Source: Pirellulales bacterium (lineage in GTDB: Bacteria > Planctomycetota > Planctomycetia > Pirellulales > JBGAPH01). From it: a DNA stretch of 64,000 nt. The translations under genes and the position numbers were made by a program. Location of the stretch: positions 1,476 through 65,475 of the forward strand of contig JBGAPH010000012.1 in assembly GCA_044221365.1 (NCBI GenBank), read 5' to 3'. The notes beneath the pieces are model-generated. The model was not told the origin of the DNA and made no database searches. It was given only the letters and a program-made list of their open reading frames with translations. Shown here piece after piece: positions 1 to 9,317 of the stretch. Numbering within the stretch: the stretch's first letter is position 1; each line of letters opens with the position of its first letter.

Positions 1-112
1 CGCCATCGTCTTCGCGAGGGTCGAAGAGTTCCGGGGTCGAGGACAGGAGAAGCGGCTCCGTGAAGGGGCTCGATAAGGAAGATCGGGCTAGATCTGCTTG
101 CCGTTGGACCGT

Positions 113-149
113 CTAGTGCTGCGTCAAAGCTTGTTTTTCGGGTTGTGCC
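113..149. repeat. REP-like repeat unit (CTAGTGCTGCGTCAAAGCTTGTTTTTCGGGTTGTGCC), 'CTAG/GTCACAGCTTG/TTTCGGGT' family; a second partial unit GGCTAGATCTGCTTG lies at 85-103
   Basis: Near-identical to units at 8992-9027 (CTAGTGCTCCGTCACAGCTTGGATTTCGGGTGCGCC) and 17497-17529 (CTAGATGCTTTGTCACAGCTTGTTTCGGGTCTG). Intergenic, downstream of the 3' end of the 214..2058 gene. Confidence 0.55.
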
Positions 150-213
150 GCCAGCCGCAGCGCGAGCCCGGGGATGGGAGTGCCCGAGGGTTCTGAATTG
201 CGAGGAACCAACC

Positions 214-2058
214 CTAGCGGGCGGGCTTCTCCACGATCATTTCATCGCGCAGGGCGCCCTGCAGATCGTGCATCCGCAAGGTCAGTTTACGTCCGTCGAT
301 CGCCACGGTGCAGTAGTGATGCCCGCGAAAGGTTTTGTCGACGAACCAGGCCCGGCCGGGGGCAAAGTCTTCGAGATTGCCCCCTGCGCCGCCCGCCTGC
401 ACGTAGCGTACGCCCGCGGCCGCGACTCGTCCGCCCCGGATCGGCCGCGAACGCATGTAGGTGTGCAGGTGGCCGAAGAACACGACGTCGACGTTGTGCC
501 TCTCGAGCACCGGCACGATCTGCCGCACGTGTTCGTCGCCGAGCGTTGAAGGCGCCGACCAGGCGTCGCCGTGGTCGTCGTCGTCCGGGGAGTACGGATC
601 GTGATGATGCGCGACGAACTTCCAGGTCGCCTGCGACTGGCCGAGCGCCTTGTCGAGCCAGGCGTATTGCTCGCCGCCCGTGGCGAAGGCTTCACGGCGC
701 TGGTTGCTGTCGAGCAGGAAGAACTCGGCGTTGCCGTAACGGAATGAATAGTAGCCCTCCGGGTCAGGCAGCAGGTGATAGCGTTTGTACCAGTAGAGGT
801 CCCCCTCGCCGTTGCCAGGCACGGGAAAGACAGCCACGCGCTTGTGCAGCGCGCCGAGCCCGGGGAAATATTCGAGGTTCCACTGCCACTTGTGCGGCTC
901 TTCGCCGCCGTCGGTGAGATCGCCGACATTGAGGGCGAAGTCGGGGCGTTCGTCCCAGGCGAGCTCGGCCACGCGGCGGCCAACATGCGGCCGGGTTTCG
1001 GGATCGCCGAGCAGCGCGAAGGTGAAGGGGGAATCGTCACGCACGGCGGTCTTGAAGCTCAGGAGCCCCGAATCGAGCTTGTCGCCGTCTGCGTCAACTG
1101 CGGAGAGACGATAGAAGTAGGTCGTCTCAGGCTCGAGGCCCCGGAGCTCCGCAGCGCCAATGGGTTCGCCGACAGGCAATTCCAAACGCTCGGCGAGCTG
1201 CTTGTCTTTGTTCAGGGCTTTGCCGTATTCGATCGTCACAGTCGCCGGAGCGCTCGTTTCCCAACTCAGGCTCACGCTGCTTTTCGTGGCGTGGTGAAGG
1301 TAAGGCCCGGCAAGCAGGCGGAAGCCGTGGCCGGAGGCACGGCCGGCGTCGACTTCGGCAGCCAGGGCCTCGAAGCGCTCGCGGACCTGAGCAGGCTCGA
1401 GCGCCGCCGGGTACACGGCGGCGAGCTTGACCAAGTCGCCCCAGGTCATCCAGGGTTCGTGCGCGAGGTAGGCGGCGAGCTCGAGCTGCGGCGTGGCCGC
1501 GGGCTTCGCGGCGGCGGGGAGCGGCGCGGAGTCCTTTTCCACGCCATTCACGAAGAGCCGCAGCGTCTGGCCGTTGCTCGTGGCCACCAGGTGATGCCAG
1601 TACTGCTGATGCCCCGACTCAGGCGGAAGCTTAACGCGGACCAGCGCGGGCTGGCCTTGAGCATCCGATAAGGCGAATACGACGTCATCGTCGGCATAGC
1701 TCAGTCGCCAGACCGGCTCGGGATCGCCCGGAGCTCGGCCGGCGATCAGCGCGCCGACCGGCTGATTCACATGGTTCACCAGCCACAGCTCGACGCTGAA
1801 AGCCGCCTGCGGCCAACCGGCCGGCGCGGTTTCAAAGCGCCGCTCGGTGGGCATTTCGCCGTCGAGCACGAGCGCCTCCGGCAGGACAGCGAGGCTCGGT
1901 GCAGCCGCGGTGCTCGCCTGCGAACCAAACACCTCGCGCCGCCGCGGACCTAGCTCGATGCTCGGGGCAAACGTCCAAACCGCCAGCGGCTCAACCGCGA
2001 GCGACTCACCTGCCGACAACGCCATCGCCACAACCAGCCACACGAAACGCCAAACCAT
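214..2058 (-). CDS. Secreted metallophosphoesterase, purple-acid-phosphatase-like (N-terminal LamG/ConA-like domain, FN3-like PAP N-domain, calcineurin-like phosphoesterase)
   Basis: Motifs GDLTDGG, GNGE, FFGHLH and HHHDPY typical of metallophosphatases. Paralog of 21898..23775. The ORF track starts at a GTG at 2100. I prefer the ATG at 2058, which gives the signal peptide MVWRFVWLVVAMALSAGESLA. Confidence 0.8.
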   Translation of the reverse strand: MVWRFVWLVVAMALSAGESLAVEPLAVWTFAPSIELGPRRREVFGSQASTAAAPSLAVLPEALVLDGEMPTERRFETAPAGWPQAAFSVELWLVNHVNQPVGALIAGRAPGDPEPVWRLSYADDDVVFALSDAQGQPALVRVKLPPESGHQQYWHHLVATSNGQTLRLFVNGVEKDSAPLPAAAKPAATPQLELAAYLAHEPWMTWGDLVKLAAVYPAALEPAQVRERFEALAAEVDAGRASGHGFRLLAGPYLHHATKSSVSLSWETSAPATVTIEYGKALNKDKQLAERLELPVGEPIGAAELRGLEPETTYFYRLSAVDADGDKLDSGLLSFKTAVRDDSPFTFALLGDPETRPHVGRRVAELAWDERPDFALNVGDLTDGGEEPHKWQWNLEYFPGLGALHKRVAVFPVPGNGEGDLYWYKRYHLLPDPEGYYSFRYGNAEFFLLDSNQRREAFATGGEQYAWLDKALGQSQATWKFVAHHHDPYSPDDDDHGDAWSAPSTLGDEHVRQIVPVLERHNVDVVFFGHLHTYMRSRPIRGGRVAAAGVRYVQAGGAGGNLEDFAPGRAWFVDKTFRGHHYCTVAIDGRKLTLRMHDLQGALRDEMIVEKPAR

Positions 2059-2096
2059 TCGCCGTCTTCTCTGTTGGTGTCTCAAAGATGATTGAA

Positions 2097-2166
2097 CCAC
2101 GGAGACACTGAGGCACGGAGAGAACGAGAAGTGAATTCTCCTCTCCGTGTCTCAGTGTCTCCGTGG
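2097..2166. repeat. Long near-perfect hairpin (27-bp arms: CCACGGAGACACTGAGGCACGGAGAGA ... TCCTCTCCGTGTCTCAGTGTCTCCGTGG, one mismatch; loop contains GAATTC), preceded by TTGAACCAC
   Basis: Inverted repeat read directly from sequence. It lies between the 3' end of 2182..4419 (-) and the start of 214..2058 (-). Same style as the elements at 52919-53075 and 58371-58440. Confidence 0.7.
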
Positions 2167-2181
2167 TTCGTACTCCTTTGC

Positions 2182-4419
2182 CTACGGTACGTAGACGAAT
2201 TCGTTCGAGTTGAACAGAACGTGGCAGAGGTCGGCCAGGCCGAGCCGCTCGGCTTGGGCAGCGCGGTCCTTTTCGTCTCCGGAGGTCGCCGCTGCGGCGT
2301 GCTGCGCGGTTTGCATGCGGACGAACTCGGCCGCGTCGCGGCGTTCGTCCTCATCAGCCGGCCGCGCGAGCGCCAGCCGCCAGGCACGGTCGATCTGGGC
2401 ATTTAGTTCCTGGCCGGCGTCCCGCTCGAGCCGCTCGGCCATGAACAGCGCGTGCTCGTTGGTGAACTCGTTGTTGAGAAGCTGCAACGCCTGCGTCGGC
2501 ACGGTGGTCGTCATCCGCTGCTCGCAGGTTTGCGTGGTGGTGGGGGCGTCGAAGCCTTCCATCAGCGGCAGCAGCACCGAACGCTTGACGAACACATAGA
2601 CGCTCCGCCGCCAGTGCTCGGGGCCTTCCTTGTCGACGATAGGCCACTTGGGCGTGCTGCCGGTGGCGATCACGCTGGGGTGAATCCGCGGCTTCACGCC
2701 GGGGCCATACATCGTGAGGTCGAGCTTGCCGCTCGAACTGAGGATCGAGTCGCGAATCTCCTCGGCCGAGAGCCGCCGCAGCGGATAGCGCCACAACCAT
2801 TGGTTGGCCGGATCGGCCTGGTGCTTGGCCTGGTCTTGTCCCGAGGCCTGACGGTAGACCGCCGAGGCCATGATCAGCTTATGCAGCGATTTGAGCCGCC
2901 AGCCGCCGGTCACCAGCTCGCTGGCCAGCCAGTCGAGCAGCTCCGGATGCGTCGGCGCGTCGCCGCTGCGGCCGAAGTTGCTCGGCGTCGACACGATGCC
3001 GCGGCCGAAGTGATAGTGCCAAATGCGGTTGGCCAACACCCGCGCGGTCAGCGGATGGTCGGGGCTGGCAATCCAGCGAGCGAGCGCGAGCCGGCGGCCT
3101 GTGCTCGCGGCCTCGGGCGCTGGCGCCGGGAACTCGAGCGGCGTCACCGCCGTAAGGACGGCCGGCGCGGCCGGCGGCACCTCTTCCCCCTTCTGCTGGT
3201 GATCGCCTCGGTTCAAGAAGTGCGTGGGCCGCGGCGTCGCGCCCCCGTCCTGCACGTACATCCGCTCGCGGTCGTTCTTCTTCTCGCTCGAGTTGAAGAC
3301 CGCCAGGAAGGTGTAGTAGTCGCGCTGCGTGATCGGCTCAAAGCGATGATTGTGGCAGCGGGCACAGCCGATCGTCAGCCCGAGGAACACCGTGCCGGTG
3401 GTGGCCACGTTGTCGTCGAGCTCGTCGAGGCGGTTCTTCTCGAGCACCTGATTGTCGATCGTCGGCCCGTTGCGGCAAAAGCCGGTGGCCGTGAGGCAAT
3501 CGAGGTTGTTGGGATCGAGCTCGTCGCCGGCGAGCTGCTCGACGATGAAGCGGTCGAACGGCTTGTCGTCGTTGAAGCTGCGGATCACGTAGTCGCGGTA
3601 GTGGTAGGCCAGCGGCCGGTCTTCGTCGAACTCGAAACCGTCGCTATCGGCGTAGCGGGCCAGATCGAGCCAATGCCGGCCCCACCGCTCGCCGTAGCGC
3701 GGGCTCGCCAGCAGCCGGTCGAGCAGGTGCTCGTAGGCCTGGGGCGAATCGTCGGCCAAGAATTGCTCGACCTCCTCGGGCGTGGGCGGCAAGCCCGTCA
3801 GGTCGTAGGTGGCGCGGCGAATCAACTCGAGCCGCGAGGCCTCGCGGGAAGGGCTGAGTCCTTTCTCGCTGAACTTGGCGAAGATGAAAGCGTCGACCGG
3901 CGTGCGGCCCCAGCCTTCGTCGTTGACCGCCGGCGGATCGGGGCGGTGCACGGGCTGAAACGACCAGTGGGCGGCGGCCTGGGCGGGGTCGGTCACCGTG
4001 GTGTCGGCGCCGTCAGGCCAGACCGCGCCAGCTTCAATCCACTTCTTGACCAGGGCGATCTCTTGCGCCGAGAGGGGCCGCTGTTCCTCCTCGGGGGGCA
4101 TGACGATGCCGGAATCCCCCTCGCCGGAGACATACTGATACAGCAGGCTAGCGGCCGCCGGCTTGCCGGCCTCCCAGGCGGGGCCGCTGTCGCCGCCAAC
4201 GATGGCGGCGGCCTTGAGGTCGAGCCGCAGCCCCCCTTCGTGCTCTTCGGGCCCGTGGCACTTGTAGCACTTGCCGATCAGGATCGGCTGGATGTCGCGA
4301 ACGAACTCGACCGATCGCTCGGCGGCCGCCTCTGCCGTCCAGGCGGCATGCGTTCCCAGGAGGCTGGCGAGCAGCAACCCGGCGCAGGGGACCGTTCGCA
4401 ACCAGTAGTCGCGGCTCAT
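2182..4419 (-). CDS. PSCyt1 (planctomycete cytochrome-c-like) / DUF1549 / DUF1553 domain protein with signal peptide
   Basis: N-terminal CYKCHG heme-like motif, then the conserved DUF1549 and DUF1553 architecture typical of Planctomycetes. ATG verified at 4417-4419. Confidence 0.85.
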   Translation of the reverse strand: MSRDYWLRTVPCAGLLLASLLGTHAAWTAEAAAERSVEFVRDIQPILIGKCYKCHGPEEHEGGLRLDLKAAAIVGGDSGPAWEAGKPAAASLLYQYVSGEGDSGIVMPPEEEQRPLSAQEIALVKKWIEAGAVWPDGADTTVTDPAQAAAHWSFQPVHRPDPPAVNDEGWGRTPVDAFIFAKFSEKGLSPSREASRLELIRRATYDLTGLPPTPEEVEQFLADDSPQAYEHLLDRLLASPRYGERWGRHWLDLARYADSDGFEFDEDRPLAYHYRDYVIRSFNDDKPFDRFIVEQLAGDELDPNNLDCLTATGFCRNGPTIDNQVLEKNRLDELDDNVATTGTVFLGLTIGCARCHNHRFEPITQRDYYTFLAVFNSSEKKNDRERMYVQDGGATPRPTHFLNRGDHQQKGEEVPPAAPAVLTAVTPLEFPAPAPEAASTGRRLALARWIASPDHPLTARVLANRIWHYHFGRGIVSTPSNFGRSGDAPTHPELLDWLASELVTGGWRLKSLHKLIMASAVYRQASGQDQAKHQADPANQWLWRYPLRRLSAEEIRDSILSSSGKLDLTMYGPGVKPRIHPSVIATGSTPKWPIVDKEGPEHWRRSVYVFVKRSVLLPLMEGFDAPTTTQTCEQRMTTTVPTQALQLLNNEFTNEHALFMAERLERDAGQELNAQIDRAWRLALARPADEDERRDAAEFVRMQTAQHAAAATSGDEKDRAAQAERLGLADLCHVLFNSNEFVYVP

Positions 4420-4627
4420 GTTGCTTCCCTGGGGCGGGGAACGAAGCGGGGAAGGCGAAGGGCAGGTTCCGCGGGGCCCGCGGCGGGTGGGAAAGCGGCG
4501 GGCGAACCAACCGTTACTCTACCCGCGGCGGCCTGGCGGTGTCCAGTTTGGGCGCAGAGCGGTGCAGCTCGATTTAACAAGGCGACCGGGCCGCGTAGAG
4601 CCAAGAAACGGCCGCTAGAATGAGGGG

Positions 4628-4801
4628 ATGCAACGTACAAGTAAGTGGCGGATCGTCTCCGGAGGGCTGGTCGGCGCGTGCGTCGGGCCGTTTGTCACTC
4701 CGGCAGCCGGCTATGCTTCCGCGTACTGGTTCGTCGGAGCAGTGCTTCTCGGGATGCTCGGGGGGCTGCTCTTCGACCTTTTCGAGTCCAATCGCGGCTA
4801 G
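4628..4801 (+). CDS. Hypothetical small membrane protein (57 aa, MQRTSKWRIVSGGLVGACVGPF...)
   Basis: Short ATG ORF not in the supplied track, two hydrophobic segments, intergenic between divergent genes. Weak. Confidence 0.25.
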   Translation: MQRTSKWRIVSGGLVGACVGPFVTPAAGYASAYWFVGAVLLGMLGGLLFDLFESNRG

Positions 4802-5004
4802 CTGCCTCCTGCTCGGACCCACTCCCGTGTCCCGGCGCGGTCGCATCCTGCAAGATTTGCCGGCTGCGACGCCCCATCGGGCCGCCCGCCAGCCCATTCC
4901 GCCCCCAGCGTTTGCCGACCGCGGGGCCCCACGGTAGCGTTGCCAGGCGGAACCGTGCGCGCGGGCCGCCGCAACGCTTCGACCCACGTCTTGCCGGGCG
5001 CCCG

Positions 5005-5745
5005 ATGTCTGCCACGCTGCTTGCCGATCCGTCCAGCCTCCGCATCGAAACGCATGCCGGGGCCGAGTTCTTCTGCCGGCAACTCGCCCTGCGGGGGTTC
5101 GACACGGTCGAGCAACCGCGGATTTTGGTGGCCGGCTGCGGCGCGGGGCACGAGGCGGCGGCGATTCAACGGCGGTTCAGCGCCACGGTCGATGCGATCG
5201 ATGTCGAGCTCCATGTGGAGCCGCAGTTCCGCGATCTGCCGGACCTCCACGTCCGCGAGGCCAGCGTCTGCGATCTGCCGTTCGACGACGCCGTGTTCGA
5301 CGCGGTCTTCTATCACCACGTGATCGAGCACGTCGACGATCCGCCCTGCAGCCTTCGCGAAATCGCCCGCACGCTCCGTTCCGGCGGCTGGCTGTTCGTG
5401 GGCACGCCGAACCGGCAGCGGCTGGTGAGCTCGGTCGGGGCGCACAAGCAAACCCACTGGGAATCGACCTGGAGCAACAAGCTGCGCGACAATTGGCAGG
5501 ATTGGCAGGCTCGGCTCGCCGGCCGCTTCCGCAACGAATGCGGCGCCCACGCCGGCTTCTCGCAGCGCGAACTAGACGAACTTCTCGCGCCCCATTTCGT
5601 GGAGCGCACCTGGCTGACCCGAGACTACCTCCGGTTCAAGTACGCGGGGCATCGACTCCGCGGGCTCGTGGAGCTGGCGACCTGCCCTTGCTGCTGCTGG
5701 TTCGCGGCGCCATCGGTTTATGTGCTCTGCCGGAAGCCGGGGTAG
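5005..5745 (+). CDS. Class I SAM-dependent methyltransferase (Methyltransf_11-like)
   Basis: Motif I ILVAGCGAGHEA, acidic motif VDAIDVE and DAVF; ATG at 5005. Confidence 0.75.
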   Translation: MSATLLADPSSLRIETHAGAEFFCRQLALRGFDTVEQPRILVAGCGAGHEAAAIQRRFSATVDAIDVELHVEPQFRDLPDLHVREASVCDLPFDDAVFDAVFYHHVIEHVDDPPCSLREIARTLRSGGWLFVGTPNRQRLVSSVGAHKQTHWESTWSNKLRDNWQDWQARLAGRFRNECGAHAGFSQRELDELLAPHFVERTWLTRDYLRFKYAGHRLRGLVELATCPCCCWFAAPSVYVLCRKPG

Positions 5746-5838
5746 AGCGGCCCGCGGCCCGCTTGGGGGCTCGACGCTCGTGAACCGCGGTCCTAGGATC
5801 GACGGTTTCGAGCGCCCAGCACTCCTAGCGCGTGCCCC

Positions 5839-7911
5839 ATGCCCAATCGTTTGGCCCACGAAACCAGCCCCTATCTGCTCCAGCACGCCGGCAACCCCGT
5901 CGACTGGCATCCCTGGGGCCCCGAGGCGCTCGAGCGGGCGAGGACCGAAGACAAGCCGATCTTTCTCTCGATCGGCTACTCGGCCTGCCACTGGTGCCAC
6001 GTGATGGAACACGAGAGCTTCGAGAATCCTGCGATCGCGGCACTGCTCAACGCGCAGTTCGTCTGCATCAAGGTCGACCGCGAGGAGCGCCCCGACCTCG
6101 ATCAGATCTACATGCAGGCCGTGCAGCTCATGACGGGGCGCGGCGGCTGGCCGATGTCGGTGTTCCTCACGCCGGCGCTCGAGCCCTTCTACGGCGGCAC
6201 CTATTGGCCGCCGCACGATCGCCAAGGCATGCCCGGCTTCGACCGCGTGCTCACGGCCGTCGCCGACGCCTGGCACGCCCGCCGCGATCAGCTCTTCGAC
6301 CAGGCCCGCACGCTTACCGAGCATCTACAGGCCGCAGCGGCCCCACAGAGTTCGGCACAACTCTCCGTGCAGCATGTGATCGGCGCCGCAGGCGAGCTGC
6401 TGCGGCTCGTCGATCGGCGACACGGAGGCTTTGGCGGGGCGCCCAAGTTTCCGCATCCCATGGATCTGCAACTGCTGCTCCGGGTGTGGTCGCGCACGCA
6501 GCGGGCGGATTTGCTCGACGTGGTCACGCTCACGCTCGACAAGATGGCCGGCGGTGGGATCTACGACCACCTCGGCGGCGGCTTTCATCGCTACTCAGTC
6601 GACGAGCGTTGGCTCGTTCCCCACTTCGAGAAGATGCTCTACGACAACGCCCTGCTGCTGGCCACGTACGTCGAGGGCTTTCAGGCGACCGGCGAGCCCC
6701 GCTATGCCCGCGTGGCCCGCGAAACGGCTGACTACGTGCTCCGCGATCTGACCGACTCGGCCGGCGGCTTCCACAGCACTGAGGACGCCGACAGCGAAGG
6801 AGAGGAAGGCAAGTTCTACGTTTGGACGCTGCACGAGCTCGAGCAGGTGCTCGGCACGGAGCGCGCACGTACCTTCGGCTATTGCTACGACGTGAGCGAG
6901 CCTGGCAACTTCGAAGGGCACAACATTCTCAACCTGCCGAAGACCATCGCGCAGTGCGCAAAGGTCTTGGCGCGCGACGAACGCGAGCTCGAGGCCGAGT
7001 TGGCCGCAAGCCGGGCAGCGCTGCTGACCGTGCGCGGCGGGCGCGTGCGGCCGGGGCTCGACGACAAAGTGCTCGTGAGCTGGAACGGGTTGATGATCGA
7101 CGCCCTCGCGCGGGCGGCCAGACCGCTCGATGAGCCGCGCTATCTCGCCGCCGCAGAACAGGCTGCCCGGTTCGTTCTCGAAAAGATGCGCCGCCCCGAT
7201 GGCCGTTTGCTGCATACCTACCGCGCGGGCCGCGCCCATCTCGCGGCTTATCTCGACGACTACGCCTGCCTGGCAGGCGCGCTCGTGTCGCTCTACGAAG
7301 CCGGCATCGACGAGCGGTGGATCGTCGAGGCGCTTGCGCTCGTCGAGGTCATGCTGGCTCAGTTCCGCGATCCGGCCACCGGCGGCTTCTTCTACACCGC
7401 GGCCGACCACGAAACGCTGCTCGTTCGGCCGCAGGAGCTGATGGACAACGCCACGCCCAGCGCCAGCAGCATGGCCGCCACCGTGCTCGTGCGGTTGGCG
7501 AAGCTCACGGGGCGCGACGATCTGCGCGAAGCCGCCGAGCAAACGCTGCAGGCCTCGGCCGGCGTCATCGACCGCTCGGCCACCGCCGCCGGCCAGGCCC
7601 TGCTCGCGCTCGATCTGCTGGTCGGGCCGACGCACGAGATCGTGGTGTTGGGCGAAGCCGCGAGCGGGCCGACGCAGGAGGCGCTCACGGCCCTCGCGCA
7701 GCGCTATCTACCCCGCAAGCTGGTCGCCAGCCGCAACCCCTCGGCCAGCGAGCGGCGGGGTTCACCCCCGCCGTCACCCCTCGACCCGCTCTTCGCCGGC
7801 AAGTCGCCGCTTGGCGACTTGCCCACGGTCTTCGTCTGCGAGAACTTCGCTTGCCAGGCCCCGGTCGCCGGCTTGGCCGCCGCGCTCGCGAAGTGGCAAC
7901 AACTCCGCTAG
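5839..7911 (+). CDS. Thioredoxin-domain protein, DUF255/YyaL family (N-terminal thioredoxin-like domain plus six-hairpin glycosidase-like domain)
   Basis: [17 protein letters not shown]...WHPW...[16 protein letters not shown] is the canonical YyaL/SSP411 N-terminus. Confidence 0.85.
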   Translation: MPNRLAHETSPYLLQHAGNPVDWHPWGPEALERARTEDKPIFLSIGYSACHWCHVMEHESFENPAIAALLNAQFVCIKVDREERPDLDQIYMQAVQLMTGRGGWPMSVFLTPALEPFYGGTYWPPHDRQGMPGFDRVLTAVADAWHARRDQLFDQARTLTEHLQAAAAPQSSAQLSVQHVIGAAGELLRLVDRRHGGFGGAPKFPHPMDLQLLLRVWSRTQRADLLDVVTLTLDKMAGGGIYDHLGGGFHRYSVDERWLVPHFEKMLYDNALLLATYVEGFQATGEPRYARVARETADYVLRDLTDSAGGFHSTEDADSEGEEGKFYVWTLHELEQVLGTERARTFGYCYDVSEPGNFEGHNILNLPKTIAQCAKVLARDERELEAELAASRAALLTVRGGRVRPGLDDKVLVSWNGLMIDALARAARPLDEPRYLAAAEQAARFVLEKMRRPDGRLLHTYRAGRAHLAAYLDDYACLAGALVSLYEAGIDERWIVEALALVEVMLAQFRDPATGGFFYTAADHETLLVRPQELMDNATPSASSMAATVLVRLAKLTGRDDLREAAEQTLQASAGVIDRSATAAGQALLALDLLVGPTHEIVVLGEAASGPTQEALTALAQRYLPRKLVASRNPSASERRGSPPPSPLDPLFAGKSPLGDLPTVFVCENFACQAPVAGLAAALAKWQQLR

Positions 7912-8095
7912 CACGCCTCATCGCCCCAGGCCGCACATTCGGACCAGGGCTCGGCCTAGCGGAAGCGAGGGCCAGGACGCCTGAGCTAGGTTTGAGCAAG
8001 GGGCCCTCGGTGGATTGTTGTTCGCGCGGCGTTGTTTTGCGCCGTCGCCGGCAAGGGCTCCCATTGCACGGGCCGTTCGTTTCCGGAGCCTGCAC

Positions 8096-8969
8096 GATGC
8101 CGGAGCTGTTGCTGCGTTCGCTGGTCACGTTTAGCCCTCAGGCGGTCGAGCGCGGCACGTGCCTGGCGGACTTGCTCGACCTGATGGAGCGGTTCAGCTT
8201 TCACCACCTGCCGGTGGTCGACGGCGACGGGCGCGTGCAGGGCATCGTGTCGGACCGCGACGTCGTGGCGGCGCTCCTGCTGCACCTGGCGGCGCTTGTG
8301 CCGGTGGGCGCCGAGCCGCCCGCTTCGCCGGCGCAGTTCGTCCGCAGTTGCACCGCGGGCGACATCATGTCGCTGCCGGTCTACTCCGTCGAGGAATCGG
8401 CCACCGCGCTCGGCGCACTGCGGCTGCTGCTCGACCGCGGGCTGCACTGCCTGCCGCTGGTGCGCGAAGAGCAGACTCTGGCCGGCATGCTCACCAGCAC
8501 CGACTTCTTGCGGGCCCTGTGCCAAGACAACTGGGCTTGCTGCCACGACCTGGTGTCGCGGCACATGGTGGGCTGCGGCCTCCAGGTCGACGTGACCACG
8601 TCGCCGCATGTGGCAGCTCAGCTCATGGACGAGTTCGAGCTCCGCTGCCTGGTGGTGACGAGCGTGGGGCGGCCCGTTGGCGTGGTGGCGCAGCGCACGC
8701 TGCGGGGCTACATCCGCCGGCTGTGGCAGCTCGAATGCCAAGGGCAGGGGGACTCGCTGCCGGCCCCCAGCGAGCTCGCCGAGACCGTAGGGCAACTCAT
8801 CGATCCGCTGGCCGAAGCCGTGGGGCCTGGCGACTCGCTGCAAACCGCAGCCTGCCGGATGCTGCAACTCGGCCTGCAAGTCTTGCCGGTTATGGACCAC
8901 CGCAGCCAACTCGTGGGCCTGATCCGCGAGGAAGAACTGCTGGCGGCGCTCGCGGCGGAGCTGGCGTAG
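8096..8969 (+). CDS. CBS-domain protein (two CBS pairs)
   Basis: Repeated HxLPVVD / LHCLPLV / LRCLVVT / LQVLPVMD CBS signatures; ATG at 8096. Confidence 0.7.
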
Positions 8970-8985
8970 CGAATCGGCTCTCTCC

Positions 8986-9304
8986 TGACAGGCTAGTGCT
9001 CCGTCACAGCTTGGATTTCGGGTGCGCCACACTAGCCCGCAGCGCAAGCAAGGGACGCGAGCGCCCGCTGCCGCGCTGGCCGAACATGCTGCCCGGCCCG
9101 TGCAGGGGTCCGCAAGACTTGACCAGGGACGCGTGGCTCTCCCTTGCTCGCGCTGCGGGCTAGTATCAACTCGGGCACCCCGAACTTCTCGCCGTGACGC
9201 TGCACTGGAAGCCTGTCCCATTCCAGAATCAGGCTGGAAGACTGCCCCACTGTCAGGCAAGCTAGCAGCCTGTCTCACTCGTGGCACAGGCTTCCAGCCT
9301 GTGC
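8986..9304. repeat. Composite intergenic repeat cluster: GACAGGCTAG unit plus CTAG unit (8992-9027); a 168-bp element flanked by ~40-bp imperfect inverted repeats (9017-9055 / 9140-9184); and a GCACAGGCT-TCC-AGCCTGTGC hairpin (9284-9304)
   Basis: Arms TTCGGGTGCGCCACACTAGCCCGCAGCGCAAGCAAGGGA and TCCCTTGCTCGCGCTGCGGGCTAGTATCAACTCGGGCACCCCGAA are reverse complements with a few mismatches. The hairpin motif recurs at 12516 and 37705. Confidence 0.65.
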
Positions 9305-9317
9305 AGGCACGCCGCTT

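Noticed and set aside
2452-4623. 723-aa ORF on the plus strand (and similar long ORFs at 6595..7635, 10795..12384, 15118..16011, 19366..20736, 38357..40057 portion, 39896..41290, 54286..55527, 58345..60006, 62390..63640)
   Set aside because: All are antisense to, or frame-shifted over, genes with clear domain homology. Their translations are Arg/Ala/Gly/Pro-rich low-complexity, typical of GC-rich noise.
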